A stretch of DNA of 64,000 nt from Candidatus Kuenenia stuttgartensis (lineage in GTDB: Bacteria > Planctomycetota > JAKEIC01 > DYIT01): positions 14,579-78,578 of the forward strand of contig DYIT01000008.1 in the NCBI GenBank assembly GCA_020723505.1. Reading direction: 5' to 3'. Below, one piece after another: positions 32,461 to 41,588 of the stretch (position 1 is the first letter of the stretch; every line of letters begins with the position of its first letter). The notes under the pieces were generated by a model. The model saw nothing but the letters and a program-made list of their open reading frames with translations, was not told the origin of the DNA and ran no database searches. A program made the translations under genes and the position numbers.

Positions 32461-33708
32461 TCAAATATCCAGCGCCCATTTCCACAAGGGCGTGAAACGG
32501 ACTCTCCCCCGTAAGCCGAACCATGAAACATCTTCTTCGCTTTCGAAAGAATCGGTGAGAATCAGCAAATCAACGCATCCTAGCGCGACCGACGCCTTGA
32601 GCAAAGCGCGCATCTCCCTCATCCTGGTCCCGGAATCTGGCACTTCAGCGCAGACTTGGATGAGCCGTGTCACCCGCCTATCCTCCCTGACAACGAAATC
32701 CACCTCCTCCCCCTCGGCGTTCCGCCAGAAGAACAGCCCGATTTTGCCTTCCAATTCCAGCTTCCTCAACGTTACTGCCGCGACGTTTTCATACCGCTTA
32801 CCGATGTCTGGACTCAACCGGAATGAAGACGACGTCGCCATGCCGTTGTCCATGCAATACAGTTTGCGATCCGCCCGCGTCTGCTCGCGGATTTTGAAGG
32901 AGAACCGGCGGATGGAGAAGAAAAGAAACGACTCCTCGAGGTGGCTCATGTATTTCTCGGCAGTGTGGACGCTGAACCTGCCCGCGACCTTTGCCAGCGA
33001 ATTCCAGGAATACCGCTGCGCCGAGTTGGCCAAGAGATGGGCTGTCAGGTCCTCCAAGCCTTTCGGGATGCGTATCCGGTGCCTGACGACTATGTCCTTG
33101 TAGAGAATCGACTGGAGAAGCGTCGAGAGATACTCACGGGGATCGAATCCCTTGACGATGGGCTCAGGATAACCCCCCGTTTCCGCGTATTTCCGGAATG
33201 CCTCCAACTTCTCGGCGTCTGTGGAGTCCTCCTTCCGGAGAAGAAGATACTCCCTGAAGGAGAAAGGGAATATGTAGATTGGCAGGTGCCTGCCAGTAAG
33301 ATGAGTCGCCAGTTCCGATGCGAGGAGATGCGCATTGCTTCCGGTAATCGTCAGGCGATAACCCTGACGCTGCAAACGGTTCACGAAAAGTTCCCACTTC
33401 GGAATGTTCTGAATTTCGTCAAGAAGGAGATGCTTGGGCTTCCCGTAGATTGAATCCACGGCTGCCATGAGTTCGTCATTATCCTTCAGTCCGGAAAGCC
33501 GTTCATCATCGAAATTGACATAACCGAAATCGCCCTGATCCCGGACAAGGTGCATCGCGAAGAACGATTTGCCTGCCCTTCGCGGACCGATGACGACCTT
33601 TATCAAATCGTTATCGGCCTTCCTTGCGTCGTATGCGCGAGCGACGTATGGTTCCTGAAGCCGGGCCAGGATTTCATTTTTTTGCTGTAGAATAACGTCT
33701 TTTATCAT
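32461..33708 (-). CDS. AAA+ ATPase (AAA_14 + DUF4143 architecture), second copy
   Basis: Walker A GPRRAGKSFFA, Walker B LLLDEIQ, and a C-terminal DUF4143-like region. It is a paralog of 27828-29084. Confidence 0.8.
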   Translation of the reverse strand: MIKDVILQQKNEILARLQEPYVARAYDARKADNDLIKVVIGPRRAGKSFFAMHLVRDQGDFGYVNFDDERLSGLKDNDELMAAVDSIYGKPKHLLLDEIQNIPKWELFVNRLQRQGYRLTITGSNAHLLASELATHLTGRHLPIYIFPFSFREYLLLRKEDSTDAEKLEAFRKYAETGGYPEPIVKGFDPREYLSTLLQSILYKDIVVRHRIRIPKGLEDLTAHLLANSAQRYSWNSLAKVAGRFSVHTAEKYMSHLEESFLFFSIRRFSFKIREQTRADRKLYCMDNGMATSSSFRLSPDIGKRYENVAAVTLRKLELEGKIGLFFWRNAEGEEVDFVVREDRRVTRLIQVCAEVPDSGTRMREMRALLKASVALGCVDLLILTDSFESEEDVSWFGLRGRVRFTPLWKWALDI

Positions 33709-33760
33709 ACAACCTGTGCACTTGCGGAATCATACTGCATATAATTAGACATTTTTATGA

Positions 33761-33789
33761 AGTATAGCTCTGGAATTAGCTGAAATCAA
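33761..33789 (-). promoter_or_regulatory. Sigma-70-type promoter
   Basis: The minus strand reads TTGATT-N17-TATACT, about 50 nt upstream of ATG 33708. Confidence 0.4.
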
Positions 33790-33797
33790 GCAGCTTT

Positions 33798-33840
33798 GGA
33801 TTTCCGCGGAGCCGCATGATGTCCGGCCCCGCGGAAATCC
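33798..33840 (-). terminator. Hairpin directly after the lipoprotein gene stop
   Basis: Perfect 12-bp inverted repeat GGATTTCCGCGG / CCGCGGAAATCC with a 19-nt loop. It begins 1 nt after the TAG stop (33842-33844). Confidence 0.5.
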
Positions 33841-33841
33841 T

Positions 33842-36800
33842 CTACTTAATCGTGACGCCTGAGGCGAACAGCCTTGTCCGGTTGCCGTTGGTCTGGTGGT
33901 TCTGGTCGACCGTGTGGACGATTGCGAAATCGCCCGACCCGCCCGGTACGAGGATTCCCGAGGAAGAGATCTCCGCGTCGGATCCGGATCCCGGCCCGCC
34001 GGTGCCCGTGTTCATCATGCGGCAGGCGAGCACGGCCTGGCCGAACGACGCCGTGCTTTCCCTGTAGGTCCTCGCGAAGAGGAAAGCCCTGGAAAGGTCT
34101 GGATCGGCCGACACGGCGAGCTCGCTGTGCAGCAGCACTCCCCTGCCGGTCCTGTCGATTTCAATCGAGAAGCTGATGACCCTGGTGGAAACGACCGCGC
34201 CGCCTTCGTTCCTGTCGGAAGCGTGGGAATCGAACGCGGGGAGCCCTGCGGCGCCCTGCGCGAGGTCGAAGCCCCTGGTGTAGATTCTCTCGAGGCCCGC
34301 GTCGTCAATCTGAATGAAGGCCACTGCTCCCCGGCCGGTGGAGCGGTTCATGCCAATGCGGCAGTTCAGCGCGGGGTATCCGGCAGCGCCGTTGTCGCTG
34401 TCGATGTACTCGGGCGTGGAGAACTGGCCTGTCGCCGGCCTGAGGACCGCGGCCATGAGGTTGACTGCGGGAACCGGATTCGTGATGTTCTCGGTGAACG
34501 CAATCATCCCGCCGCCCGAGTCGCACATGCCGGCATTGGGAGTGGAGAAGAACTTCGAAGCCGAAGCCGGGCCGCTCACGGTCAGCGGCGCGGATCCTTC
34601 CCATGCCCCTGCCATGTGCCTGCGGGCGCAGATCGTCAATCCGACGCCGTCATCCTGCTCGAAAGCGGCCAGGTAGAGGTTTCCGCCGGCAGCGAGCGAC
34701 ACGACGTTAACCGGTCCCGCCGACGACTCGACGTCGGCCGTCACCGCCGCAGCCGTAGCCCCGAACAGCGAGGATGACGGGTAGTAGTTCGACTTGAGGG
34801 TGGCGGGCACGCTCTCGACATGCAGAACGAGCGCCGAGCCGTCCGAGGCCAGGGCCAGCGAGGGCGCCTGTACCGAGAACATGGCGGGCGAGGAGAGCTC
34901 GATCGGCCCGGTGACCAGGCCCGATGGGTCAATCCTGACCGCGGCGGCGCAGACCTGGCCTGCGGCCTTGTTCTGCAGGAAGGCGACGCAGGCGCGGCCC
35001 GAGGCATCGAGCTCGAAGGAGAAGCCCGCGACTGACATGTAGGACGCGGTCGTGAAGCTGATTGGCTCGTTGGCGCCCGGAACCGGCGTGGTCCCGACGT
35101 TGGAGACGCCGCTCGAGTTGATTCTCCTTGCGTAGAGCTGGACGATGCCCGTCCCGTTGTCCTGCGCGAAGAGCACGAATCCGGCGCCGTCGCTCCCGAG
35201 CTTGACTCCGGGCGAGGCCGGGCTCGTCATTGTGCCGTTGTCCATGGAGTTCGAGCTCCAGTCCTGGCCGCCGCCCGCGATTGAGCCGTACTTCACGTAG
35301 AGCTCGTCCGTGGTGCCGTTGTTCTGGACGTATGCGGTGGCGGACTTTCCAGCCGCCGACCCGGCTGCGTCGAAGGAGGAGACGTCCCTGGCAGATGACG
35401 CGTCAAGGAACCCGTCGGCGATGCATGCCGCCTTAAACAGCGTGTCAGGGGCGGGATTGAACCCGTTGTAGGAGCATGCCCAGAGCCTGACGGTATCCGC
35501 GCCGGCGCCGAAGGTCTCCCTCTGGAGCATGGCCGCGAAGCCGGAGCCGTCTGAGGGATTCAGGTAGAACCTGCCTGACCCGGGTTCGACCCTGTTAATC
35601 ACCTGCTGCGCGGTCGAGGAGAACACGGAGTTGTGGAACGCGCCGTCGACCGGGAACGCTTCGCCGAACTTCTTGAGGTCGGCAAGCTCGCTGCGGCTCA
35701 CGTAAAGCCTGGAGAGCCTGCCGTCCGAGAGCGTGAATGATATGAACGCCCTTCCGTCCTGGGCGAACGTTATGCCCGTGATTTCGGGCGAGGAGAAGGC
35801 AAGCGGCATGGCGGAGAGCTCGCCGGTCTCCACGTTCCCAGGGTCGATTCTTCTCGGGGTCTCGAAGGCCGTGATTCCGGCGGTATATCTGGCGGCCCAG
35901 ACGCTTTTAGAAGCCCCTGACGCGTCGTTGGACTGTACGTAGCCCGCCTCGCCGTTTCCTGAGGAGTCGAAGCTCAACATGAACCCCGCTTCGACCGCTC
36001 CGCCCGCGGTGCTCAGCGGATAGGGCCCGCCCGTGGAGAACGCCTCGAGCGAGGAGTTGAATATATTGTAATAGAGCGCGGGCGATCCCGGCGTTTCGCG
36101 CAGGAACAGGGCGATTGCGTTTCCGAAGGGATCGTTGACCAGGGCGGGATGGGCGAAATCGCTGGTCGCGTCGTTGAGCGCGATGTCCACCGGAGAAGCC
36201 TCCTCGAACGCCCCCGTGTTCCCGTCCATGCGCCTGTAGAGCACCCTGCTGTTGCCCGAACCGTCGTTCTGCTCGATGAGCCACAGCAGATCGCCGTTGG
36301 GCAGGCAGGAGAGGTCCACTTCGCGGACGGGGTTGTCGAACGGCGGGGTGTTGTCGTTGACCCGAATCGGAGCGGAGAACGACGAGAGGCTCGATTCGGA
36401 CGAGAACTTGCTCCCTGCCGCGCAGTCGTTCTGTCCTGCGCCGGAATCCGTATCCTGGAGGAACGACAGCGCGCCTGCGCCGGCGGGACCTGCTTCGGCC
36501 ATGATTTTAGAGAAGGGGTGGCCTGCTTCGGACCCGAAGAGACCGATTTTCTCCGGGGCGTTGAAGACGCGCAGCGACTTGTCGTAGTAGACGCCGAAAG
36601 CCTCGCAGGGGCTTGCGGAGTTCTCGTAGAATCCGATCATGCCGTTGCCGTCCGCGTCGAGCGCGATGTCGAAGGCGTCAACGCCCTCGGGAACCGCGTT
36701 CTCGCCGTCCGGAGTGTAATCGACGACCCTGGGGAAGGAGAATGAATCCGTCGAGCCGGTATAGATGCTCGCGAAGAGCCGGTTGATTGATCCCGAAACC

Positions 36801-37219
36801 TGCGTCCATACGAGCAGGCCGTCGCCGAACCTGTCCATCCTGATCATTGCGTCAGCGACGTCGCCCGTGTTGGCGTCGAACTTCTCCGGAGCCCTGAATT
36901 CGGCAGCGATGGGGTTGTTCTTCTTGTCGAACCTTATTACGCTCAGCCTGGAAGTGCCGGACCCGTCGTCTGAGACGTATGCAATCAACGCCCTTTCATT
37001 GCCGCCGTATGAAACCATCCGGTTCTTGTCGAACGTCACCTGGGAACCAGGAACAGCGGGATATCCGTCAACAGCCTTGGCCGCTGCGAATTCGAGGCTT
37101 CCGGCCTGGGGATACACGGGCCGGAAGATTTTCTTCTCGTCCGGGCATCCGCTCGAATATATCAGGAGCGCCGCGAATCCGAGCAGCAGCGCCGAGTATT
37201 TGATTCTATGCTTCTTCAT
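33842..37219 (-). CDS. Large (1125-aa) repeat-rich lipoprotein, function unknown
   Basis: Signal and lipobox MKKHRIKYSALLLGFAALLIYSSGC. It is Ser/Gly/Ala-rich with recurring ...DG.G...(F/W)...D...(R/L)(L/I)Y..R-type blades suggestive of a beta-propeller or beta-sandwich array. The SD GGGAGA lies 6 nt before the ATG. Confidence 0.8.
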   Translation of the reverse strand: MKKHRIKYSALLLGFAALLIYSSGCPDEKKIFRPVYPQAGSLEFAAAKAVDGYPAVPGSQVTFDKNRMVSYGGNERALIAYVSDDGSGTSRLSVIRFDKKNNPIAAEFRAPEKFDANTGDVADAMIRMDRFGDGLLVWTQVSGSINRLFASIYTGSTDSFSFPRVVDYTPDGENAVPEGVDAFDIALDADGNGMIGFYENSASPCEAFGVYYDKSLRVFNAPEKIGLFGSEAGHPFSKIMAEAGPAGAGALSFLQDTDSGAGQNDCAAGSKFSSESSLSSFSAPIRVNDNTPPFDNPVREVDLSCLPNGDLLWLIEQNDGSGNSRVLYRRMDGNTGAFEEASPVDIALNDATSDFAHPALVNDPFGNAIALFLRETPGSPALYYNIFNSSLEAFSTGGPYPLSTAGGAVEAGFMLSFDSSGNGEAGYVQSNDASGASKSVWAARYTAGITAFETPRRIDPGNVETGELSAMPLAFSSPEITGITFAQDGRAFISFTLSDGRLSRLYVSRSELADLKKFGEAFPVDGAFHNSVFSSTAQQVINRVEPGSGRFYLNPSDGSGFAAMLQRETFGAGADTVRLWACSYNGFNPAPDTLFKAACIADGFLDASSARDVSSFDAAGSAAGKSATAYVQNNGTTDELYVKYGSIAGGGQDWSSNSMDNGTMTSPASPGVKLGSDGAGFVLFAQDNGTGIVQLYARRINSSGVSNVGTTPVPGANEPISFTTASYMSVAGFSFELDASGRACVAFLQNKAAGQVCAAAVRIDPSGLVTGPIELSSPAMFSVQAPSLALASDGSALVLHVESVPATLKSNYYPSSSLFGATAAAVTADVESSAGPVNVVSLAAGGNLYLAAFEQDDGVGLTICARRHMAGAWEGSAPLTVSGPASASKFFSTPNAGMCDSGGGMIAFTENITNPVPAVNLMAAVLRPATGQFSTPEYIDSDNGAAGYPALNCRIGMNRSTGRGAVAFIQIDDAGLERIYTRGFDLAQGAAGLPAFDSHASDRNEGGAVVSTRVISFSIEIDRTGRGVLLHSELAVSADPDLSRAFLFARTYRESTASFGQAVLACRMMNTGTGGPGSGSDAEISSSGILVPGGSGDFAIVHTVDQNHQTNGNRTRLFASGVTIK

Positions 37220-37278
37220 CTTACGTCTCCCAAACAGGAGCGGCGATCCACGATCGGCACAAACTCCACGCTTAAGAG

Positions 37279-37294
37279 TGCAATCTCCATACCA
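37279..37294 (-). promoter_or_regulatory. Sigma-54 (-24/-12) promoter
   Basis: The minus strand reads TGGTATGGAGATTGCA, against the consensus TGGCACG-N4-TTGCW, with GG-N10-GC spacing exact. The predicted leader to ATG 37219 is ~50 nt. Confidence 0.55.
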
Positions 37295-37407
37295 AACATT
37301 AAATATTTACCGGTTTTGACTGCCAATCATAACATCATATTTATCAATTTGTTATGAACTCCAAAGCAATGCTTTTCGGACTTCCCGGGAAAATCCATGA
37401 AATCGAG

Positions 37408-37517
37408 CTGTAAACAAATGTTTATTTTCCCTTTGTTCCATTATCACTGATGATATCCAAGAGCGCAGAGGATTTCAAGCCAGGAGTCTGTAAACAAAAG
37501 CAAACAACCTTTTGTTT
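37408..37517. promoter_or_regulatory. Candidate upstream activator sites (two palindromic elements sharing CTGTAAACAAA)
   Basis: CTGTAAACAAATGTTTA at 37408-37424 contains the palindrome TAAACA-AA-TGTTTA. CTGTAAACAAAAG-N8-CTTTTGTTT at 37488-37517 has 9-bp inverted arms. They lie about 115-225 nt upstream of the -24 element in an AT-rich spacer. Confidence 0.35.
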
Positions 37518-37620
37518 TAGGCATGGAGCTTCCCAATCGGTGTAGACTGCAGGGACCGTTCGCGAACGGCCCCAACGACGGCTATGTCAAGTCATGGTTT
37601 CAGGTTGAGATTGCTTGCCT

Positions 37621-37647
37621 GGATTCCGGCTTTCGCCGGAATGACGA
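37621..37647 (+). repeat. REP-like 27-mer GGATTCCGGCTTTCGCCGGAATGACGA
   Basis: It is the reverse complement, with 1 mismatch, of 56148-56174. It contains the hairpin ATTCCGGC-N4-GCCGGAAT. Confidence 0.75.
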
Positions 37648-37725
37648 CGATGCTTACTGACATCGCAATGCCATGACCCGGACAAGCCGGAACCAAACGG
37701 ATTGTAGTATGCAGGCTCGTCCGGG

Positions 37726-38985
37726 TTATGCGTAAGTCAGGGGGAAATCCAGGTCATGGGTTGCCTGGAAATCCCTGATTTTCTCGGCGATTTCCCTGGC
37801 TGTCGCGTATCTCTGATCCGGCTCGCAGTTGATGGCTTTCATGACGATGAGCGAAAGCTCCTCGGGTATGGCGGGATTTATCTGCGTGGGCGTATCGGGA
37901 TCGCAGGAGAAGTTGGGGATGTACTGGCCGTAGGAGTCAATCCTGTACGGCACGCTGTTGACGAGCATCTCGTACAGAAGCACGCCCAGGGAGAAGATGT
38001 CCATGCTTGCGGATTCGGGGATTTCGGCGGTCGTGAACCGTTCCGGGGCGATATAGCCGAGAGTGCCGAAAATCTTTTTCGTATTCGTAATCCTTGCGCT
38101 GTCCCGAATCGATTTCGCGAGCCCGAAATCGATTATCCGCGGCTTCCACGCCCTGTCGATGATGATGTTGGAGGGCTTCAAATCGCGGTGCAGGATGCCG
38201 GATTCGTGGGCGTAATGAACGGCTTCCGCGACCTCGATCATAATCGCAAGCGCTTTCTTGAACGTCAGCTTCTTTTCCGAAATCATGTCGTCGAGACCAG
38301 CGCCGTCTATGAAATCCATGGCGATGAAATGCCTGGAATTGTACGCGCCTACCTCTTTTATCTTCACGATGTTCGGATGCTTGAGATGCTGGATCGTCCT
38401 GGCTTCCCTGTGGAACCGGAGGACCTTCTCCTCGCTCGCATGGGGATCGGACAGGAGCACCTTGAGCGCGACCGTCTCCCCGGTTCCGATATCCTCGGCC
38501 TTGTAGACGATTCCGCCTCCGCCGGACGCGATTTCCTCGATTATCCGGAACGGACCCAGGTATTCCTGTTTGCCGAGCCTTTCCGCGACCTTCCTGGAGT
38601 ATTTCCTGAGGGCGTCCGAGATCTTCTCGCGGAACTCATCCATGGCGAAAGGCTTGCGGACGAGGTCGTATATCCCCCTTCTCATGAGCGTAATGGCCTT
38701 CTCGAGCGTCGCGAATCCCGTGATGACTATCACCACTAGGTCGGGTTTCATGCCGAGCGCGAGATGGGCGACCTCTTCGCCCGGCACGCCGGGCATTGCG
38801 AGGTCGAGCAGGACCATGTCGAGGCTGGACATTCTGATTTTCCTGAGACCCTCCTCGCCGTCCGGAGCGGCCTCGACGTTCACGAAGCCCATCGCAAGCA
38901 GGTTTTCCACGATAAGCGTGCGTACGGTCTCCTCGTCATCCACGACGAGCACCCTGAATTTCGTGAAATCAAGCTCCGTTTCCAC
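37726..38985 (-). CDS. Response-regulator receiver (REC) domain fused to a Hanks-type Ser/Thr kinase
   Basis: REC: RVLVVDDEETVRTLI...MVLLDLAMPG...VIVITGFATLEKA. Kinase: VALKVL, ILHRDLKPSNIII, IIDFGLA, GYIAPE. The start is uncertain. The GTG at 38985 is chosen because the 67 upstream track codons are Arg-rich and overlap the preceding gene. Confidence 0.8.
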   Translation of the reverse strand: METELDFTKFRVLVVDDEETVRTLIVENLLAMGFVNVEAAPDGEEGLRKIRMSSLDMVLLDLAMPGVPGEEVAHLALGMKPDLVVIVITGFATLEKAITLMRRGIYDLVRKPFAMDEFREKISDALRKYSRKVAERLGKQEYLGPFRIIEEIASGGGGIVYKAEDIGTGETVALKVLLSDPHASEEKVLRFHREARTIQHLKHPNIVKIKEVGAYNSRHFIAMDFIDGAGLDDMISEKKLTFKKALAIMIEVAEAVHYAHESGILHRDLKPSNIIIDRAWKPRIIDFGLAKSIRDSARITNTKKIFGTLGYIAPERFTTAEIPESASMDIFSLGVLLYEMLVNSVPYRIDSYGQYIPNFSCDPDTPTQINPAIPEELSLIVMKAINCEPDQRYATAREIAEKIRDFQATHDLDFPLTYA

Positions 38986-39116
38986 CGCTGGTCCCTGAAA
39001 GCCCGGAAGCGCGTAAAATCCGGGGATTCTAGCATTTTCCGGGATTCGAGATAACAGGCAAGTAAGACTGCGGTACCGATTCCGGAAAAGAGCCGGATGG
39101 TCAAGCCGAAAGCTTG

Positions 39117-39833
39117 CTACCTGAGTCCGAGGAGCTTGAGGGGCGTGGACGAGACCATTGCTTCGGCGGCGTCGGCCGACCCGCACCAGCGCCCGGCCTC
39201 CTCGGCGGCCTCGACCAGATTGAGCGGCCTCCAGGGGCTGCCGTGCGCGTCAGACGCGATGACGTCCACAAGCCCTTCGCGGAGCAGCGCCCGGGCGAAA
39301 TTGCGCTCCTCCCTGCCGAAATCCCCGGAGAGCGAGCCGGCGGTGATTTGCACCGCTGCGCCGGATTCGCGCAGAAGCCTGACCTGGCGCGGGTCGTTCG
39401 AAAAGGCAGGGCTTCTTTCGGGATGCGCCAGCACGGGCCTGTATCCTCTGGCCGCCAGCGAGAAGACGAATTCCCTGAACCTGGGCGGCAGGGGCCCCAT
39501 GGGCATTTCGAGGAGCACGGATCTCGCCGTTCCGGTGGTGAGAAGCCTGCCTGCATCGGCGTCGGCCTGTATTTCCGGATACAGGGAATTCTCCGCGCCC
39601 AAAACGAGCTTCACCGGGATGCGGGCCCCTGCGACGGCCGACTCCAGGGCCGCGAACTTCTCCTTCAATCCCGCGAGATCGTACACCGGAGGGATGTAAT
39701 GGGGCGTTGCCGCGCAGACGGCCGTTCCCGCGTCCGCCATCCGGGACAGGAGTTCCAGGCATAGGCCCGTTTCGGGCGGCCCGTCGTCCACGCCCGGGAT
39801 TACATGCGCGTGAAGGTCGGCAGTCCTAATCAT
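39117..39833 (-). CDS. CpsB/YwqE-type PHP-family protein-tyrosine phosphatase
   Basis: MIRTADLHAHVIPGVDDGP matches the D(I/L)HxH(I/V)xxGVDDGP start of CpsB/CapC phosphatases. Later ATPH, AHPER and ASDAHG metal-ligand motifs are present. Confidence 0.8.
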   Translation of the reverse strand: MIRTADLHAHVIPGVDDGPPETGLCLELLSRMADAGTAVCAATPHYIPPVYDLAGLKEKFAALESAVAGARIPVKLVLGAENSLYPEIQADADAGRLLTTGTARSVLLEMPMGPLPPRFREFVFSLAARGYRPVLAHPERSPAFSNDPRQVRLLRESGAAVQITAGSLSGDFGREERNFARALLREGLVDVIASDAHGSPWRPLNLVEAAEEAGRWCGSADAAEAMVSSTPLKLLGLR

Positions 39834-40938
39834 CCGGCCTCATTATCTCGGCCAGGAGCGTTTCGAACACGGTCCGCGGCCTGCCCTGCCCGGTCTTGAG
39901 AGCGAAATCCGCGGCTACGAGCGCCCTGAGCGAGCCGGCGAGCCTTGGGACCTCGTGCCTGCCTGCCTCGGAGGCCAGCTGCGGCGCGAACACGCGGTTC
40001 TTCTTGAGCTTTTCGACCAGCCCGTCGACCCCCAGCCCCGCGTCCAGCACGGACTTGGCCTCGAGGATTTCCCTGACGCGGGCGAAGATTCTGTCCGTGA
40101 GAATCACGGCAATCGCGCCCTCGTCCTGCACCATGCCGGCCTCGCCGGGCCTGGACACCCCCTGCGAGAACAGCGCGGAGGAAATCCTGAGGGCCTCGGC
40201 GAAGTCCCCCCTGACGACCGAATCCGCGAGCTTGAAGACGCCGTATTCGTTGTATTCGCCCACGACGGCGTCCATGGCGGACTCCGTTACCTCCACGGGC
40301 GACCCGGCCGACGCTCGCAGGTAGATTGAGAGCTTTTCGAGTTCCTCGAACAGGCTGCGCAGTCCGGGTCCGACCCTGTCGATGAGGCGCTGTACCATCT
40401 GCCGGGTCATGGACAGGCCCGCGGCCTGCGCCTCTTTCGCGGTCCATCGCGCCACGTCGTTGTCCCACCGCTCGGCCGTCGACCAGGGAGGCGGCTGGTC
40501 GTAGAGCTTCCTGCAGTTGACAATTCCGCCGGCGGATTTGACCGCCTTCGCGGCCTTCCTCCTCCTGTCGAACTTGCCGGCTTCGAGCACGATGTGCGCC
40601 CCCCCGGCCTGCGATTCCACGTACTCCTCGAGCGCATCGCCGCCGTCGTCGAGGACCGAATCCGCCCTTTTCACCACCGCGATTTTCGGCCCGCCGAAAA
40701 GCGACGGCGTGAGGACATCCGCCACTATGGCCGACATGGATGGCGCAGGCTCGTCGCCTCCGTCGAAGGCGACCCTTGAATACCCGGAATCGTCGCCGGA
40801 CGACAGGCTCCGTACGATGCCGCCCACGGCCCTGTCGCGGAGGAAGGGCTCCTCGCCGCACACGACGTAGACCGGGAGCGGGGGCCCCTTTCCGAGCCGG
40901 GCGTCAAGTTCCAGAAAGTCGCATTCGAAAGGCGTCAA
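39826..40938 (-). CDS. holA: DNA polymerase III delta subunit
   Basis: PVYVVCGEEPFLRDRAV...LTPSLFGGPKIAVVKRAD is the typical HolA N-terminus. The TTG start at 40938 lies 5 nt after the upstream stop. The N-terminal 226 residues of the 597-aa track ORF are a shadow over 40944-41588. Confidence 0.75.
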   Translation of the reverse strand: MTPFECDFLELDARLGKGPPLPVYVVCGEEPFLRDRAVGGIVRSLSSGDDSGYSRVAFDGGDEPAPSMSAIVADVLTPSLFGGPKIAVVKRADSVLDDGGDALEEYVESQAGGAHIVLEAGKFDRRRKAAKAVKSAGGIVNCRKLYDQPPPWSTAERWDNDVARWTAKEAQAAGLSMTRQMVQRLIDRVGPGLRSLFEELEKLSIYLRASAGSPVEVTESAMDAVVGEYNEYGVFKLADSVVRGDFAEALRISSALFSQGVSRPGEAGMVQDEGAIAVILTDRIFARVREILEAKSVLDAGLGVDGLVEKLKKNRVFAPQLASEAGRHEVPRLAGSLRALVAADFALKTGQGRPRTVFETLLAEIMRPDD

Positions 40939-40943
40939 TGGGT

Positions 40944-41588
40944 CTACTCGATGCTCTCGTCGCTGCCGGACCCGGGGGCTTCCTCCTCGTCCTCGTCGTC
41001 CCCTCCTGCTGCCCCGAGATTGATGGCTTTGTCGACGGCAATCGAGTGCGGATCCGAGGGCGCTTCCAGCCTGCGGCCGCACTTCGTGCATTTGACAGCA
41101 CGGTCGGGCGTGTAGCCGATGACGTTGAACCGGGTGCCGCATCCGACGCATTCGAGTATTGTCCTGTTCTGCTGCGCTAGGATGTCCTTGACCTGTTCGG
41201 AGGTGAGATAACCCTTTTTGACGAAGACCTCGCCGAGCCGGAAATAGAGGCCCAGCTTGGCGGCCTTGGTCTGCTCGCGGACGCACTCGTAAACCCTGTC
41301 GAGAGTGGTGTACTTGAGTTTGACCGCTATGAACCCGAAGGCTATGTCGGATTTCTGCTCCTCCGGGTCGGTGGCGGGCCTGCGCATGTGCTTCTTCTGG
41401 TATTCGACTATCTCGCGCAGCTGCTCCCTGTTGATGTACCCCTTGTCCCTGAGGATTATGCCGAGGAGCTGGGGCTCGGCGGAACGCTTCTGGATTTCTA
41501 TGCACTCCTTGAGCTGCTCCTCGGTGATGAATCCCTTCTTCACCGCGATTCTGCCGAACAGAAGCTCTTCCTGTATGTTCTGGTACAT
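40944..41588 (-). CDS. Protein with two tandem pairs of MshEN/T2SSE_N-like 24-residue motifs and a C-terminal zinc ribbon
   Basis: Motif-like segments are LFGRIAVKKGFITEEQLKECIEIQ (aa 10-33), LLGIILRDKGYINREQLREIVEYQ (41-64), AFGFIAVKLKYTTLDRVYECVREQ and RLGEVFVKKGYLTSEQVKDILAQQ. The zinc ribbon is CVGCGTRF...CTKCGRRL, followed by an acidic tail. Confidence 0.7.
   Translation of the reverse strand: MYQNIQEELLFGRIAVKKGFITEEQLKECIEIQKRSAEPQLLGIILRDKGYINREQLREIVEYQKKHMRRPATDPEEQKSDIAFGFIAVKLKYTTLDRVYECVREQTKAAKLGLYFRLGEVFVKKGYLTSEQVKDILAQQNRTILECVGCGTRFNVIGYTPDRAVKCTKCGRRLEAPSDPHSIAVDKAINLGAAGGDDEDEEEAPGSGSDESIE

Noticed and set aside
39026-39186. ATG at 39186 as the start of the REC-kinase gene
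   Set aside because: It would add 67 Arg-rich, low-complexity residues overlapping the phosphatase gene by 70 nt. The receiver domain begins right after the GTG at 38985. The choice remains uncertain because the SD there is weak.
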